A stretch of DNA of 64,000 nucleotides, from the NCBI GenBank assembly GCA_973895155.1, contig OZ316898.1:6311079-6375078 (forward strand). Reading direction: 5' to 3'. The stretch comes from Marsupella aquatica. Its lineage: Eukaryota > Plantae > Marchantiophyta. Shown here piece by piece: positions 38,618 to 51,900 of this stretch. The notes under the pieces were generated by a model. That model made no database searches and was not told where the DNA came from. It saw only the letters and a list, made by a program, of their open reading frames with translations. The position numbers were made by a program, and so were the translations under genes. Within the stretch, counting starts at the first letter, position 1. Each line of letters begins with the position of its first letter.

Positions 38618-38639
38618 AGGGTTTAGGGTTTAGGGTTTA
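38618..38639 (-). promoter_or_regulatory. Telo-box cluster (AAACCCTA / TTTAGGG repeats) upstream of RRP7
   Basis: agggtttagggtttagggttta lies about 190 bp before the ATG. Telo-boxes are established elements of plant ribosome-biogenesis gene leaders. Confidence 0.6.
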
Positions 38640-38824
38640 TCTGATTCAAGACTCACCTTCATGTGATTACTTTCGGTGATGTGGATTGCTGTCACCGGTA
38701 TGTTAAGCGCTAAGATTTCTGCTTCATTTGGCTTCAGTCTTAAACAAGGTGGAGATCTCGTGGCCTTTACCATTGTGAGTGCCCTGTTGCGAAGCAACGG
38801 CTCGTTTCGTTGTCAACGAATTCA

Positions 38825-40346
38825 ATGAAAAAGAAGGCAGCTAAACGAGCGCTTCTCGATGATCACGTACATCACGAGACAAACCATGATCATGTACATC
38901 ACGAGACAAACCATGATCATGCAGTGAAGAAGACTACAGAGGATATAGAAGGGGATGCTCCGCTACGAGGAATGAAGAGTGAGTACCGTTTATTAGTCAA
39001 ATCTTGAATGGTGTTTTGATGATGATTTAGAGGGTTTTGGCAGTGTATTTTCTCCGAAAGAGCTCTTGCGCTGCTAGTCACTGGCCTTTTTTTTGGATTG
39101 AACCCAGAATGGATTGCCGAGTACTATGCGAAGAGACCAGGTATCTCTGTACTACAAGTAGGGATCGATGCTTTCATGGCGGACTACGATGCTCGCGAGG
39201 AACAGGTGCTTTCAAACTCTGAATACTCATTGTATAGCTATGTGTCATTCATCTCTAAAAAGATCCACTAGGCTCCAGGTTTGGTGGGAGATTTGGGATT
39301 TCAATTTACTTTAAATGTTGTGAATGACACTATTTTACAGCTTCATGAATGAGTTCAAGTTATGCTCTCTCTCAACTAGGATACACCCGACTCAAGGGTC
39401 TGGAGCCATTGCTCTCTGCAGTTGTTTGGGGAGCCTAGTTAGCTCCCCCCAACGCAAACAAGATCCAGATAATACATGCTATGTTTCTGGGGTGGGAAAA
39501 TATATATTGAGTTTATTTTAGTCTGGTTGAAGTAGGTATGACTGTACGTCGTTAGAATGTCCAACGGGAATATCTGAATATGAAGTGTCAACGAAAACAA
39601 CATCCCAACTTATACTTGCCAAACAGGGTTCCCACTTATTGTTGAGAGGGAACTTTGTTTAACTCAGGTGTATGCCCGTTTTTTCTGAATAAGTATTCGC
39701 TTCGCAGGCTAGGAAAGACAAACTTGCTGCAGCGGAAGAGGACGGGTGGACTGTGGTGGTTGGAAGTAAGGGAAGGAAGAAGACAACAGATTTAGAAAGC
39801 GGAATAAGGGTGGGAGCAGTCTCCACAGCCGCTGCTACTGAGAAGGCAACAAAGCGGAGCAAGAAAGAAGTTGTTATGGACTTCTACCGCTTCCAGAGAC
39901 GAGAATCAAGGCGGAATGGTATCATTCTCTATCTCATTTCCTGACGTCTGCTTATTAGGAGTCGGTAAGCTTGTGATATCGTCAAATCTAGTTCTCTAGA
40001 AATACCAGATATTCCAGCATCTTTTCCTCTGCACCTCACTTGGCCCATACGAAAAACTTTCCTATTAGCTAAAGTTTCTATGGGGCTAAACAAGTGACTG
40101 AATCTTCATTGACAGTTTTATGCGAACTGGTAAGATTAGGTTGGTGTCGTTTGAAATTCAAATGAAATGATGGACCTGTTTGGGTGCTGAAACTCAAGAT
40201 GCCTTTTTTTTTTTCATGGTCTTGCATGCCATCTGATATTTCTCTTCATGGCTGCTGCAGAGGTGCTGGAACTGCAACAAAAATTTGTCGAGGATAAAAA
40301 GAGAATAGCTAAATTGAGAGAGGCTCGAAAATTCCGACCCTACTGA
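38825..40346 (+). CDS. RRP7: Ribosomal RNA-processing protein 7 (RRP7 C-terminal domain), 4 exons
   Basis: Exons about 38825-38978, 39108-39205, 39708-39917 and 40261-40346. LRGMK|KWIAEYYAKRPG...IDAFMADYDAREEQ|...AEEDGWTVVVGSKGRKKT...DFYRFQRRESRRN|EVLELQQKFVEDKKRIAKLREARKFRPY*. Confidence 0.9.
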
Positions 40347-41875
40347 CGTTTTAGGAGTTGAGAAGTGGTCTCCGTGACTAAATCTAGGGGGCTGGACGGA
40401 CGATTTGTCACAGGAGAATCAGTCAGGAATTGTACCATACGTTCCCTATTGTGAACGGCAATTTTGCGTATTATCCTATATCACGAGTTCTTCTGAGTTT
40501 GTGGAGTGTCACGAAAAAAAATTGAAGAAGGTACTTCGCAACGAAGGTACTCCGCATAGAAAGCCAGGGTCTGCTCAAAAGGAAGCTCGAGTCCAGCCCA
40601 ATGTTAGTTCCTTTGGGGCTTAACATGCCTTAAATATGAAAGTGCATGCTAGATTTCCTGACAACACTTTTGGCCTTTCTCACAGGGCACCTCCGGGCTC
40701 TTTGGTTGGCACGCTTCACATTTTCAGCGCGTCTAAAAGTTCCGAATGGACCAGCACTTGTGTCCCGGAGCTTCGGTGGGTTGAGTGACAAAAATTTGAA
40801 TGATAGCCACCTCGTCGAAAATCACGAACAAACACACTTTCAATACCTTCAGATGCAAAGGTCATTCTCAGTCATTATGATCACTCGTTCGAGAGAGAGA
40901 TGGGCTCAATCATATGAGCATTACATATCATAGTTATTATAGCCAATAAAGTTATGGCAGATATCTCTGTATTTACACGACATAGAAGGGCATTGTAGTA
41001 ATTTCACTATAGACATTTTTGTCCATTTAGCAAATGCAATCCGGAACTAATCAAATTTACAATCTTGCCTTGAAGACTGTTTACTAATGAAGACACTTTG
41101 CCCTTATATGGATCCGTGCACAGTAGGCAGCATTCACAAATGTAAAAACAGCCTCATTTCTGCACCTTCAGTGTGTGATGGGGTGTTAGAGAATGGGAGC
41201 AACAAATGGGCTTCCAAAGAATGCTTATCCATAACTACAGCAGCTTATACATCATTAATGTGATCCATAGTAGTGCACTTTTCATTGCAAGTAGTTGTAT
41301 ATATTTACTGCACTATCAAGGAAACACAAGTGCCAAACATGCATACAAGAATTCAAGAACGCAAAGGCAAGAGACAGAAAATAACAAAAAAACTCCCAAA
41401 GTGACCAAGGAGCCAAAAAAAGTCCCTACACCCGTGCAAAGACGCTTGCCTATCAACAATGTAAAAAGGTCTACAGAACCCATCTTTGCCACGCGAGGCA
41501 CCGACCAGGTTTGAACTGTAGCATTGTGGCAACCATTTTGTGGATCTGATGAGTAGGTCACTGTACAGTACCTTTGCCACCGTGGTTGCACTCCCATTCC
41601 AGACTGTGGTTAAGTCCTGGTCGAGTTAAGTTTAGGCACCGCAAAAAAATGACCATGAATCCGTCAGTCCGTCGGTGCTCCCGTCGGCCAAGACCGTGTC
41701 GTCAACCTATTCGCGTTTGCGTGTAACGGAGATCCCATCCGTCCACATGCTTGACATGAGCCGTCCGATTGATATATGAACGACCTAGATCGTCCGAGAC
41801 TGGCTGGATACGAGAGCTTTTTCAAACATTTCTTGTTTGAAAAGCTCCCCTCGTGCCGGTGACGGACGGAGTCTT

Positions 41876-42137
41876 AATTTCCGTCTGTCCATCATTTCGT
41901 TCGTTGGCGACTGAATGCTGTTGTTTTAATTTTCCGTCTGTCCATCATTCCGTTCGTTAGCGACTGAATGCTGTTGTTTTAATTTTCCGTCTGTCCATCA
42001 TTCCGTTCGTTAGCGACTGCATGCTGTTGTTTTAATTTTCCGTCTGTCCATCATTCCGTTCGTTAGCGACTGAATGCTGTTGTTTTTATTTTCCGTCTGT
42101 CCATCATTCCGTTCGTTAGCGACTGAATGTTGTTGTT
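41876..42137. repeat. 53-bp minisatellite, 5 copies, directly upstream of the GRV2 leader
   Basis: aattttccgtctgtccatcattccgttcgttagcgactgaatgctgttgtttt repeated five times, nearly identical. Confidence 0.95.
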
Positions 42138-42942
42138 CAGTAGAGTTGACAGAGTTTAGTCGTCACTGAAAGTGCGGCGAGGAAAAGAGAGGAGAGCGAA
42201 GAGAGAGTGAGCTCAAAGAGAAGGAAGAGAGGAGAGACATGCGGAGCGAAGGAAGGAGAGAAGGAGATACAGGACAGGCAAGCGAAGAGGGACAGAAGGC
42301 GAAATCGGAGAGGGAAGCGGAAATGTTAGGCGGACATTGTTCGAAAGAGGCAGAATAATAATTGGGTTGATTTGGTTTGTGCTCTAAGAAAGCTCCGGTT
42401 GGAGCTTTACAGGGAAGGAGTTCGGATGGGGGAAGGGCCCTGGCGTTGAATTGCTGTACAGAGAAGTACATCGAGCGGATTGTACTTGTGGTCGGATTCT
42501 GGTTGCTGTGGCCGGTGCGGATTTGGACTTGTCGTGGTGGGAAAGGGGGAATTGGTAGGATTTAATGAAATCGAGTATACTCAGGATCATGAGGGATCGA
42601 TTGACTGCCAGGCGGGATACAATGGATGAGCAGCAATGGATCGATTTATGAGTGGTGGATCGATTTATGAGGGGTAGGTCAAAAGACAGGGTAATGCTGG
42701 ATCGGCTGATGACATTTTAGGAGGAAGGGGGACAGGACTAGGAATCAAAGGAGGAGGATCTGAAGGGTAGGGAAGCCGTGTCAGTGGCAGAGACAGGGGC
42801 AGGGACAGGGGCAGGGAGAGGGGAAGAAGAGGAAGGAGGGGAAGAGCTGGGGGCGAATCAGTCCGGGAGCCGCGACCAGGCGTTGAGGAGCTGGTGGCGG
42901 TTCCGTCCGGATGCGCAGCCTCTCCAAATATCGCACAATAGA

Positions 42943-45900
42943 ATGGATTATCTTACGAGGCCGGGGACGTATGAGCCGCCTCCTCCTCCGGATCCCCCAG
43001 TCCCGGAAGAGCAGGAGTATATAGCAAGGTATCTGGTAACTAAGCATTCGTGGAGAGGAAAGTACAAGAGAATTCTGTGCATATCGCAGTCGGGAATTAC
43101 GACACTGGACCCGACGACATTACATGTCACAAATTCATACGATCTATTGACTGACTACGAGGGATCAGCTCCCGTGCCCAGTAACCGCGATGATCCCATG
43201 CAGCAGCTGGCTTTGGAGTTCACCATGAGTGTTCGCACTGAAGGCCGAGGAAAATTCAAGTCCCTCAAGTTCTCCTCCAGGTGCTATGCATGTCGATTAT
43301 GTCAACTTTAATGTCAACTTTCTGTCCCTCGTACCTGTTGGCGCGGTTGGGATCTAATGGAGTTTACTCATACAGACTCCCAGTTAGCCTTCGGAATTCT
43401 AGATGCTTCAGAGCTGAGATCGCCATTGAAGGGTTTAAGCCGATTTTCATGATGTGTTTAGTGCCCTCAAGTGTGGAAGTGTCATACTGCTAATCACTCT
43501 TCAACTCTTCTCTCACATGGGTTCTGGCTCTACGCATTGCAATCCAATGGCAGGGAATTCTCTGAACCCTAACGCCCCTGTTACGCCGTTAGTCCCTTTT
43601 ATGTGGGTTTAAGTCCGTATTTTAATTCAATAGTACAATTTTCTTAAAAAAAGATTCAGCACCGAGTGCAATCGCTGGAGCCTACTTGCCTAACCTTGAA
43701 CAAGCTGTTAGAAAATGTGCTATCTGAAGTTTCAGGACAATTTTACGTTCTTTACTGGACGTGTCAGTGTTTGGGCATGATATTTTGATTCTGCAGTCCA
43801 CCGGACACGATTTTCTTACTTAGTTGGAGAATTTCGCTTTGACCATATACTTAGGTTTCGCTCAAACCAGGATAGCTTCGTTATACTTCGAGGGTATTTG
43901 TCCATGTGTCATTTGGTTCAGGCTGTTTAGAATGTTCCTTATCAGATGAACATCCCTCTTACTTTGTGCTTGGTGAATAGGTGCCGGGCTTCAATTTTGA
44001 CGGACTTGCATAAAGTAAGATATGGCAGAAGTACAGGGCCAACATCAACTCCTCCTCCAGTTGCCGATTTTCCAGTTCTTCATCTTCGTCGGCGTGCCTC
44101 TAACTGGGATCCTTTTGTAAGTTTGGACCTCTGGGCTGAGATTTTTCATACATTCATCTAGCCATTTTGACCTTTCAGGGTTTTTGCTTTCAGCGGTCTG
44201 AGGAAAATCCACATTTTAAGTTAGGTCAACTTGTTGGTCAAGTCTTGGCGAATCAATTCTTACCCGGTTTGGGTTAGAAGGGGCCCAACTGGCCGGTTTA
44301 AAGATGGATTAATTAGACTTTACGTGAATCGAGGCAAGCAGAAGAGACAGCGCAATTGAATGCCGTTCTAGTTTAAAAAAAAGTCAAAGCATCTATCGTC
44401 TGCTTCAAAATCGCTGTTATTACCATCCTTTCTAAGCTTATTTACAAACACTCCGTATAAGGATTTAGTAGAAGCCAGATTGAACGTATTTTCAGTAGGA
44501 TTCCTTCTTGGAGCTTTTCGAACAGGGGATATCTTTGGACTTAATTTTAACAGAAAGAGTCTGACCTGGTTTGAAACTCAAAGAATGAAATTGTTGCTCG
44601 ACAAACGCAGAGCCTTAGGATTACGACAATTGGAATTGAGGTGCGGCAGTCCAAAAATGGCAACCTTCATTGGTGTCTGGATTTCAGAGATATGGACTCT
44701 CCAGGAATTATTTTACTCTCTGACGTATATGGTCGCAAGGGATCAGAAGGAGGTGGATTTGTACTGTGTCCTCTGTACGGCCGCAAATGCAAAGCCTTCA
44801 TTGCATCGTCAGGTGTATCAAATTCTGCGATTCTTTTAAAAATGGTATGTCCAGACTAATTGCTGTACTCCTACCCAAAGTTTCCAACTTCCAAAGGGAG
44901 CTTGTGTGTGGTCTGCAATGCTTTTCCATCATTATATCTTGTGGAGTTCTATGAATGCCTCCGGCTCTCATTACTGTTGTTGTTCTGCCAAGCAGACAAC
45001 CATGGCCAAGGCACATGTAGGAAGTACCATCAATGTAGATACCTCACAAACCATTGGTGCTTCAGAGTTTTTGAAACAAAGAGGTACATGCAAATCTCTG
45101 CACTGGTTCTTTCTTCTTCAACCTGTTGTAAATGCTGAATTCAGAGCTTGCTCAAGTCTGGCTGGCATCGTGCTTCTCCTGCCATGGCTGCGACATGTAA
45201 AGGGGATTATAAAGATAAAGTTTTCAGAAGTTTGACTGTAGCTTTCTGGCTATATGCTGCGATCCATAGTATCCCCTTTTATTCCATAGGGATATAATAA
45301 TATGTAAAAATTCTTGGATATCGTATGGCCACGTGAGTAATTATGTCCTGATCAAAGATGTGTTGTTTGAGAATGTACTACAGCTAAGGCTGCCGTGGGT
45401 GCGGAGGAATCACCTGTGGGAGAATGGTCTGTTAATAGGCTGCGCTCCGCTGGTCATGGCACAGCGAGTATAGTGAATTTCCCTTTTGAGCTTGGGCCAA
45501 AAGGTGGCCTTGGTCCATCAGGGGATGTTGCTGCCAGACAGCTTGTTTTAACGAAGAGTTCTTTAGTAGAACGAAGACCTGACAACTATGAGGTGAGTTA
45601 CAGATGTAAAGTTTGTAGCCCGAAGCTAGAGCTTGCTTTCTACTATTCAACTTCACCTATTATTAGCAATCGGTCGCAGACAATCCATCAGTGTTCTGCT
45701 GAATGCTGCAATTGTCCTCACTGGCTACAATGACTTGTGTGTGTTATCCAGTCCCTCCATGGTCAACGGCGGCAATGATTTGCATGGATTCTGGGTAATG
45801 GGAGACTTCTAATTCAGTTATCTGCAGGCAGTTATTGTTCGGCCATTGTCTGCAGTTGCTGCTCTTGTTCGATTTGGAGAGGAGCCACAAATGTTTGCTC

Positions 45901-48900
45901 TCGAATTTAATGATGGGTGCCCTATTCATGTAAGTGATAAGTTGGAGATGGAGTCCGTGAATTCCTATGTTGCCACAGACAGTATTCTTGTAGTTCTCAG
46001 TTGTGTGCGTATTGAAGTTATCGCTTGTTAATTTAAGAAACGTGTGCACACCTCTTTGTGATCAGCTTCTTCAAAAGAGGTTAATGGGGATATTGTTGGG
46101 TGGTGGTTTGTGACGGGCAGGTATATACAAGTACATCCAGGGATAGTTTACTAGCAGCAGTGAGAGACACTGTCCAATCGGAAGTGAGTAGTGAACAGCT
46201 TGTTTTGTGTGTTCTGAGCGTTTTCTTGAGTCCATCAAGAGGCGCATGGTGATTTTATGTTCCTATGCGGGTTTTCGTGCTCTTGGACAATGTGGTGCTT
46301 GTGTCTGAAGGCCTACAACATCTAAGTGTTACCCATTGGCCTCATGAACGCCTTTTGCACTTACAAGTTTCCTTTCTTTTTGAAGCTGTACTAATTCTAC
46401 TCGTCATTCGTCCCATTTCAAGTAGCGTTCAGTCAATGCTACTCTGATCAGTTTCTTTGGTAAATTCTATGACCATTATCTGCGCGATTTTGTGAATGCG
46501 TTCTCGTGGCTCACATTTAGGACCAATTGCAGGGGCAGCGGCCTGTACCAGTTTTGCCTAGGGTCACCATGCCCGGTCATTTCCTGGATCCCCCCCATGG
46601 ACGAGTTATCCCTGCTCCTCCACCAACGCCCAGCACTGGTGCACATCGACTTTTTGCAGATGTGGAGGGGGAAGCTTTACATGTGAAGCACCTTGCAGCT
46701 GCAGCAAAGGATGCTGTTGCGGAAGGTGGGTCTATACCAGGATCGAAAGCAAGACTTTGGAGGCGTGTAAGGGAATTTAATGCATGTGTGCCATACGGTG
46801 GCCTCCTACACAGTATGGATGTACCTGACGTTACATTGTTGGCTTTGTTGTCCATGCTCCCCGCGCCCCCCAACTTACCGGCTGAAGCTCTCCCTCCTCC
46901 TCCTCCATCTCCGAAAGCAGCTGCCACTTTGATAGGTCTGATTGCTTGTCTTAGGCGGCTTCTTGGCTCATCGAGTGCGGCATCTATGGTTGTTTCAATG
47001 CCTGTAGCAGTTGGACGCATAATGGGTTTACTAAGAAACGGGTCAGAGGGTGTTGCTGCTGAGGCAGCAGGGCTTCTTGCCATGCTCATTGGTGGTGGTT
47101 TGGGTGATCCTCTGAATACTCGAGGAGAAAGGCACGCAAACCTTTTACATGCTAAATCTGCGCTTCTAGGGCACCAGCTTCATATCACAGTGTTAGTGAA
47201 CAGGCTAAAACCAGTATCGGTATCCCCTTTGCTGTCCATGACTGTTGTTGAAGTGCTGGAGGCCATGTTATGTGAACCTCACAGTGAGACTACAGACTAT
47301 GCAACTTTTGTTGAATTATTACGGCAAGTAGCTGGTTTACGTAGAAGATTGTTTTCCTTATTTGCACATTCTGCTGAAGGAGTACGGGAGACAGTTGCTG
47401 TTATCATGCGTACAATTGCTGAGGAGGACACCATTGCTGCAGAGTCCATGAGGGATGCAGCATTGCGGGATGGTGCTTTACTAAGACACCTTGTACATTC
47501 TTTTTTCTTACTTCCTGGGGAGCGGCGGGAAGTGAGTAGGCAACTAGTTGCATTATGGGCAGATGGGCATCAACCAGCCCTGGATCTTCTCTCTCGGGTA
47601 CTGCCTCCAGGGCTTGTTGCTTATCTTAACACTAGGCCATCAGATGACGATGAAGACTCTGATTTGCAAGCTAGCCAAAGCTCTCCTGGAGGCTATTCGG
47701 CACAACGAAAACAGCTTCGAATCTTGCAAAGACGGAGAGGGCGAGGTCCTAGAGTCAAAACTCTTACTGGTCCGAGCAGTAGTGTTGACGGTACAACACT
47801 TAATACCTCCAGCCAGGGAAGTTACTTAATTGCAAACGGTGCTGCCTCTAATGCTGCACCTGCGAACTCCCTTGAGCTAGGTGCTCGACCCCCTGAGCAA
47901 CTTTTCATAGTTGGACAAAATGCAGGTGCCGTTCCTGATGTCCAGGGTGTTACAGCATCTGCAATGCCCTTGTCTGCAAGTGTCAATCTTGGGGATTCTA
48001 CAGGAGATGCAAGTTTAACCATGTCTTTCCAGCCAACAGGTCCAGCACCTGCACACGTCATTTCAGATAGTTTGGTCGCTGTTTCTGGTCGCCTTGTTTG
48101 CAACTGGCCCGAGTTTTGGAGAGAATTCAGTCTAGACCATAGTCGCGCTGATCTTATCTGGAATGAAAGGACGCGACAGGAGCTTCGAGAGGCTTTGACA
48201 GCAGAGGTCCATCATTTGGATGTGGAGAAAGAGAGGACAGGCGATGGTAGTGGTTTCGATATCGATGTCGCTGAGCAGAGGGGCAAGGAAGAGGTTTCAA
48301 GTCAGCTCTCCTGGAATTATGCGGAGTTTGCTGTGAGATATCCAAGTTTATCAAAAGAAGTCTGTGTCGGCCAATACTATTTGCGGCTTTTACTGGAAGG
48401 AGGCGGAATAGCAGGCAGAGCCGCTCAAGATTTTCCTCTCAGAGACCCCGTGACATTTTTCAGGGCCTTGTATCATCGGTTTCTCTGTGACGCAGATGTA
48501 GGATTGACTGTAGAAGGGGCAGACATGGAGGAATTGGCTGCATCAGGAGACTGGTGTGATATGGGTGGTCTTGATGGGTTTGGTGGGGGTGGAGGATCAG
48601 CGGTAAGAGAGCTGTGTGCAAGAGCCATGGCAATTGTTTATGAGCAACATTATCAAGTGATTGGATTTTTTGATGGGACACCACACGTAACTGTACTCCT
48701 TGACCGAACCAATGATCGAGCGCTTCGCCACAGATTGCTACTCCTCCTCAAGGTGAGATCTGAGTAGTCTAGTCTGAACCTGAACCTGAAGTGAAGATAA
48801 GGTGTTAAAGTTACCTGTCGTAGTGACCGCGGTGTGAAGCTCAAGTGCCTGTGAGAAACTCCTGTCTCGTGGTAGTTTAGGCAGGTTTTCTCGTGGATGA

Positions 48901-51900
48901 TGCAAATAGGGGTGTGCATGTATGGAGCAACTAAGCTCCTTTGAAAGACTGGTGCAAACGCTGAAGGTTTCGTCGTAGATCTTATCATCAAGTCACATCA
49001 CAGATCATTGAGCCTGGGCTTCTTTTCTGATTGGAAGTTGGCAAACGAGATTTTCTCACATGTTTTCTGGCTGGTTTTGTTGTATGCAGGCCCTCATGAA
49101 GGTACCATCTAACACGGAGGCTTGTGTTGCTGTTGGAGGTTGCTCACTGGCAGTTGATTTACTGACCACTGCCCATGAAGCATCGGAGAGAACTGCAATT
49201 CCATTACAGTCAAATTTGATCGCTGCATCTGCTTTCATCGAACCACAGAAGGAGTGGCACTATATCAAGAAAGATGGTGTACAAGTTGGGCCACTTGAGA
49301 AAGATGCAGTACGGCGTGCCTTGTGGAAGCAAGAGATTGACTGGAATACTAAGTGCTGGGCATCAGGTATGACAGATTGGAAGCGAATGCGTGACATTCG
49401 GGAATTAAGATGGGCACTAGCCAATCGAGTTGCAGTCTTAACACCAGTTCAGGTGTGCGCTATTGATCTAACTGAGAAATAGTTTTTCTTTTCTCTACTC
49501 TTGTTTCTGGACTCCTAATGATCTGACCACATTTTGAAGCATTGATCGCGCTTCAAAGCAAATTCCTAGCTGAATGATCGTGAACTGTCTAGAGATTTTT
49601 CTTGAGTGTGCTATTGGTGGTGTTTGCTTTGTCAGGTTGGAGAAGTAGCACTTTCAATATTACATAGTATGGTTTCTGTGCATTCTGACCTTGATGATGC
49701 TGGAGAGCTCATCACTCCAACTCCCAAAGTCAAGCGCATTCTTTCGAGTTCCCGTTGCCTTCCTCATATTGCTCAGGTTTGTCTCCTCGAGACTTTTGGC
49801 AGCATTCTGTGCATGCCTTTTCATCATCACGGTTTCCCCATGTTTGATCTTGTGAGCAGGACTACCTTGTAGTTTAAACCTTGTCAGTGTTATCGTCTCC
49901 AATATTGTCGAGTACCTGGGATACCTGTGAACCTGTTACACCTTGTGTTAATTCTAACGAATTTACCTCTCCCTCAGGCGATCTTGACTGGAGAGCCAGC
50001 AATAGTTGAAGGAGCGGCTTCCTTGTTGAAAGCAGTGGTGAGCCGTAATCCTAAAGGAATGTCACGTTTGTATAGCACTGGCGCATTTTATTTTGCTTTA
50101 TCTTATGGGGGCTCAAATTTGAAATCAGTGGCCAGCCTCTTTGCAACGAGTCATACACACCAAGCATTCCTTGGGGGTGCAGAAGCAGCTGTTTCATCGT
50201 CCCTGCCTCTAGCCAAGCGCAGCGTTGTAGGGGGTCTCTTGCCTGAGTCTCTTCTTTATGTTCTAGAAAGGAGTGGACCAACAGCATTTGCAGCTGGAAT
50301 GGTGGCTGATTCAGATACACCAGAGATCATCTGGACTCATAAGATGCGGGGTGAATGCCTCATTGATCAGGTTAGTCATTGCATTGATATATTATTTTGT
50401 CTTGGTCTAGGACTCGTTTATATGTGCATTATGTGTGTCGTATATGGGGATAGGTTGTGTAGAATTGTGGAATTACGACTTTTTAATTGAGAATTTTTTA
50501 CTCCCATCTCTAGCTGCTATGGGCTGCTTATTAATACGTTTTATTTCAATTTACGCTGTAGACGCCAGCGGTGAGCTGTGGAAGAGGAACATCCTTTCTT
50601 TTGTTCAACATCTAGACACTTGTTTTCTTAGATTTTAGCTCTGAGAGAAAAGTATGTTCTGAATTAGAAACTAGACTGAGGTGAAACCCTGATTATTCTA
50701 TTTTTCCAGTCTGGATTCCCTGATATTATTCCTGAAGTGCAACCTATAATCTCAATGGACTACCTGCCTTTGTCCTGCAGGTTCTTAAGCATCTGGGCGA
50801 CTTTCCACAGAAGCTATCACAACATTGCCATGGTCTGTATGAGTATGCTCCCATGCCGCCTGTTACCTATCCTGAGCTCCAGGACGAGATGTGGTGCCAC
50901 AGATATTATCTTCGGAATCTATGTGATGAGATAAGATTTCCGGATTGGCCTCTTGTAGAACACGTGGAGTTCCTTCAGTCACTACTTGCCATGTGGAGAG
51001 AGGAACTCACAAGGAAGCCCATGGATCTTTCAGAAGAAGAAGCTTGTTCAATACTGGAAATATCTGTGGAAGAAGGTGATGCAGGTGTAGATTCTGGTAG
51101 TGCTAAAGGATTAGGAGAAGGCGACGAAGAAACTAAACCAGGGGGGAAGGTTCTTGGACAGATTGATGAAGATGTTCTCAAACGGCAATACCGGAGGCTA
51201 GCAATGAGATATCATCCTGACAAAAATCCAGAGGGAAGGGAGAAATTTGTTGCAGTCCAAAAGGCTTATGAAAGGCTTCAGGTCTGGGAAGAATCCGCCA
51301 ACCCTAGCGCATAGGAAATTGTTTATATCGAAGAGTTGCGCATAGAAGTGTCTATGTATTCATGTGTTAACATTTTGAATCAATGAAAATGATGGATGCA
51401 AGCCAATTGATGGATTGTGCAGAAAAGAACCTCTTTTAAGTATTGAATAAGAGACGTACCTTGGTCTGTTTGTCTAACGCTACCAATTTGGTTGTTATCG
51501 AGCTACCAACTCTGACACTTTTGGATGTATTCAACTAAACCCTCATTATGGTGGATTGTAGGCGACGTTGCAAGGTCTCCAAGGGCCACAGCCCTGGCGT
51601 CTCTTGCTGCTGTTGAAAGGGCAATGTATCTTGTTCAGTAGGTATGGAGATGTATTGGAGCCATTTAAATACGCTGGCTACCCGATGCTGCTTAATGCTC
51701 TTACAGTTGACAAGGATGATAACAACTTCCTCTCCTCAGAACGGGCACAGCTTTTGGAGGCGGCGTCTGAACTTGCATGGTTAACGTAAGCCGTCTACTC
51801 ATTCTTAAATGACCTTCAGATGGAGGACAGGAGTTTGTTCCTACTTAGTGGGACTCTCATGACACTTAGTGGGACTCTGGGATTCATTCTGTCCACATAT

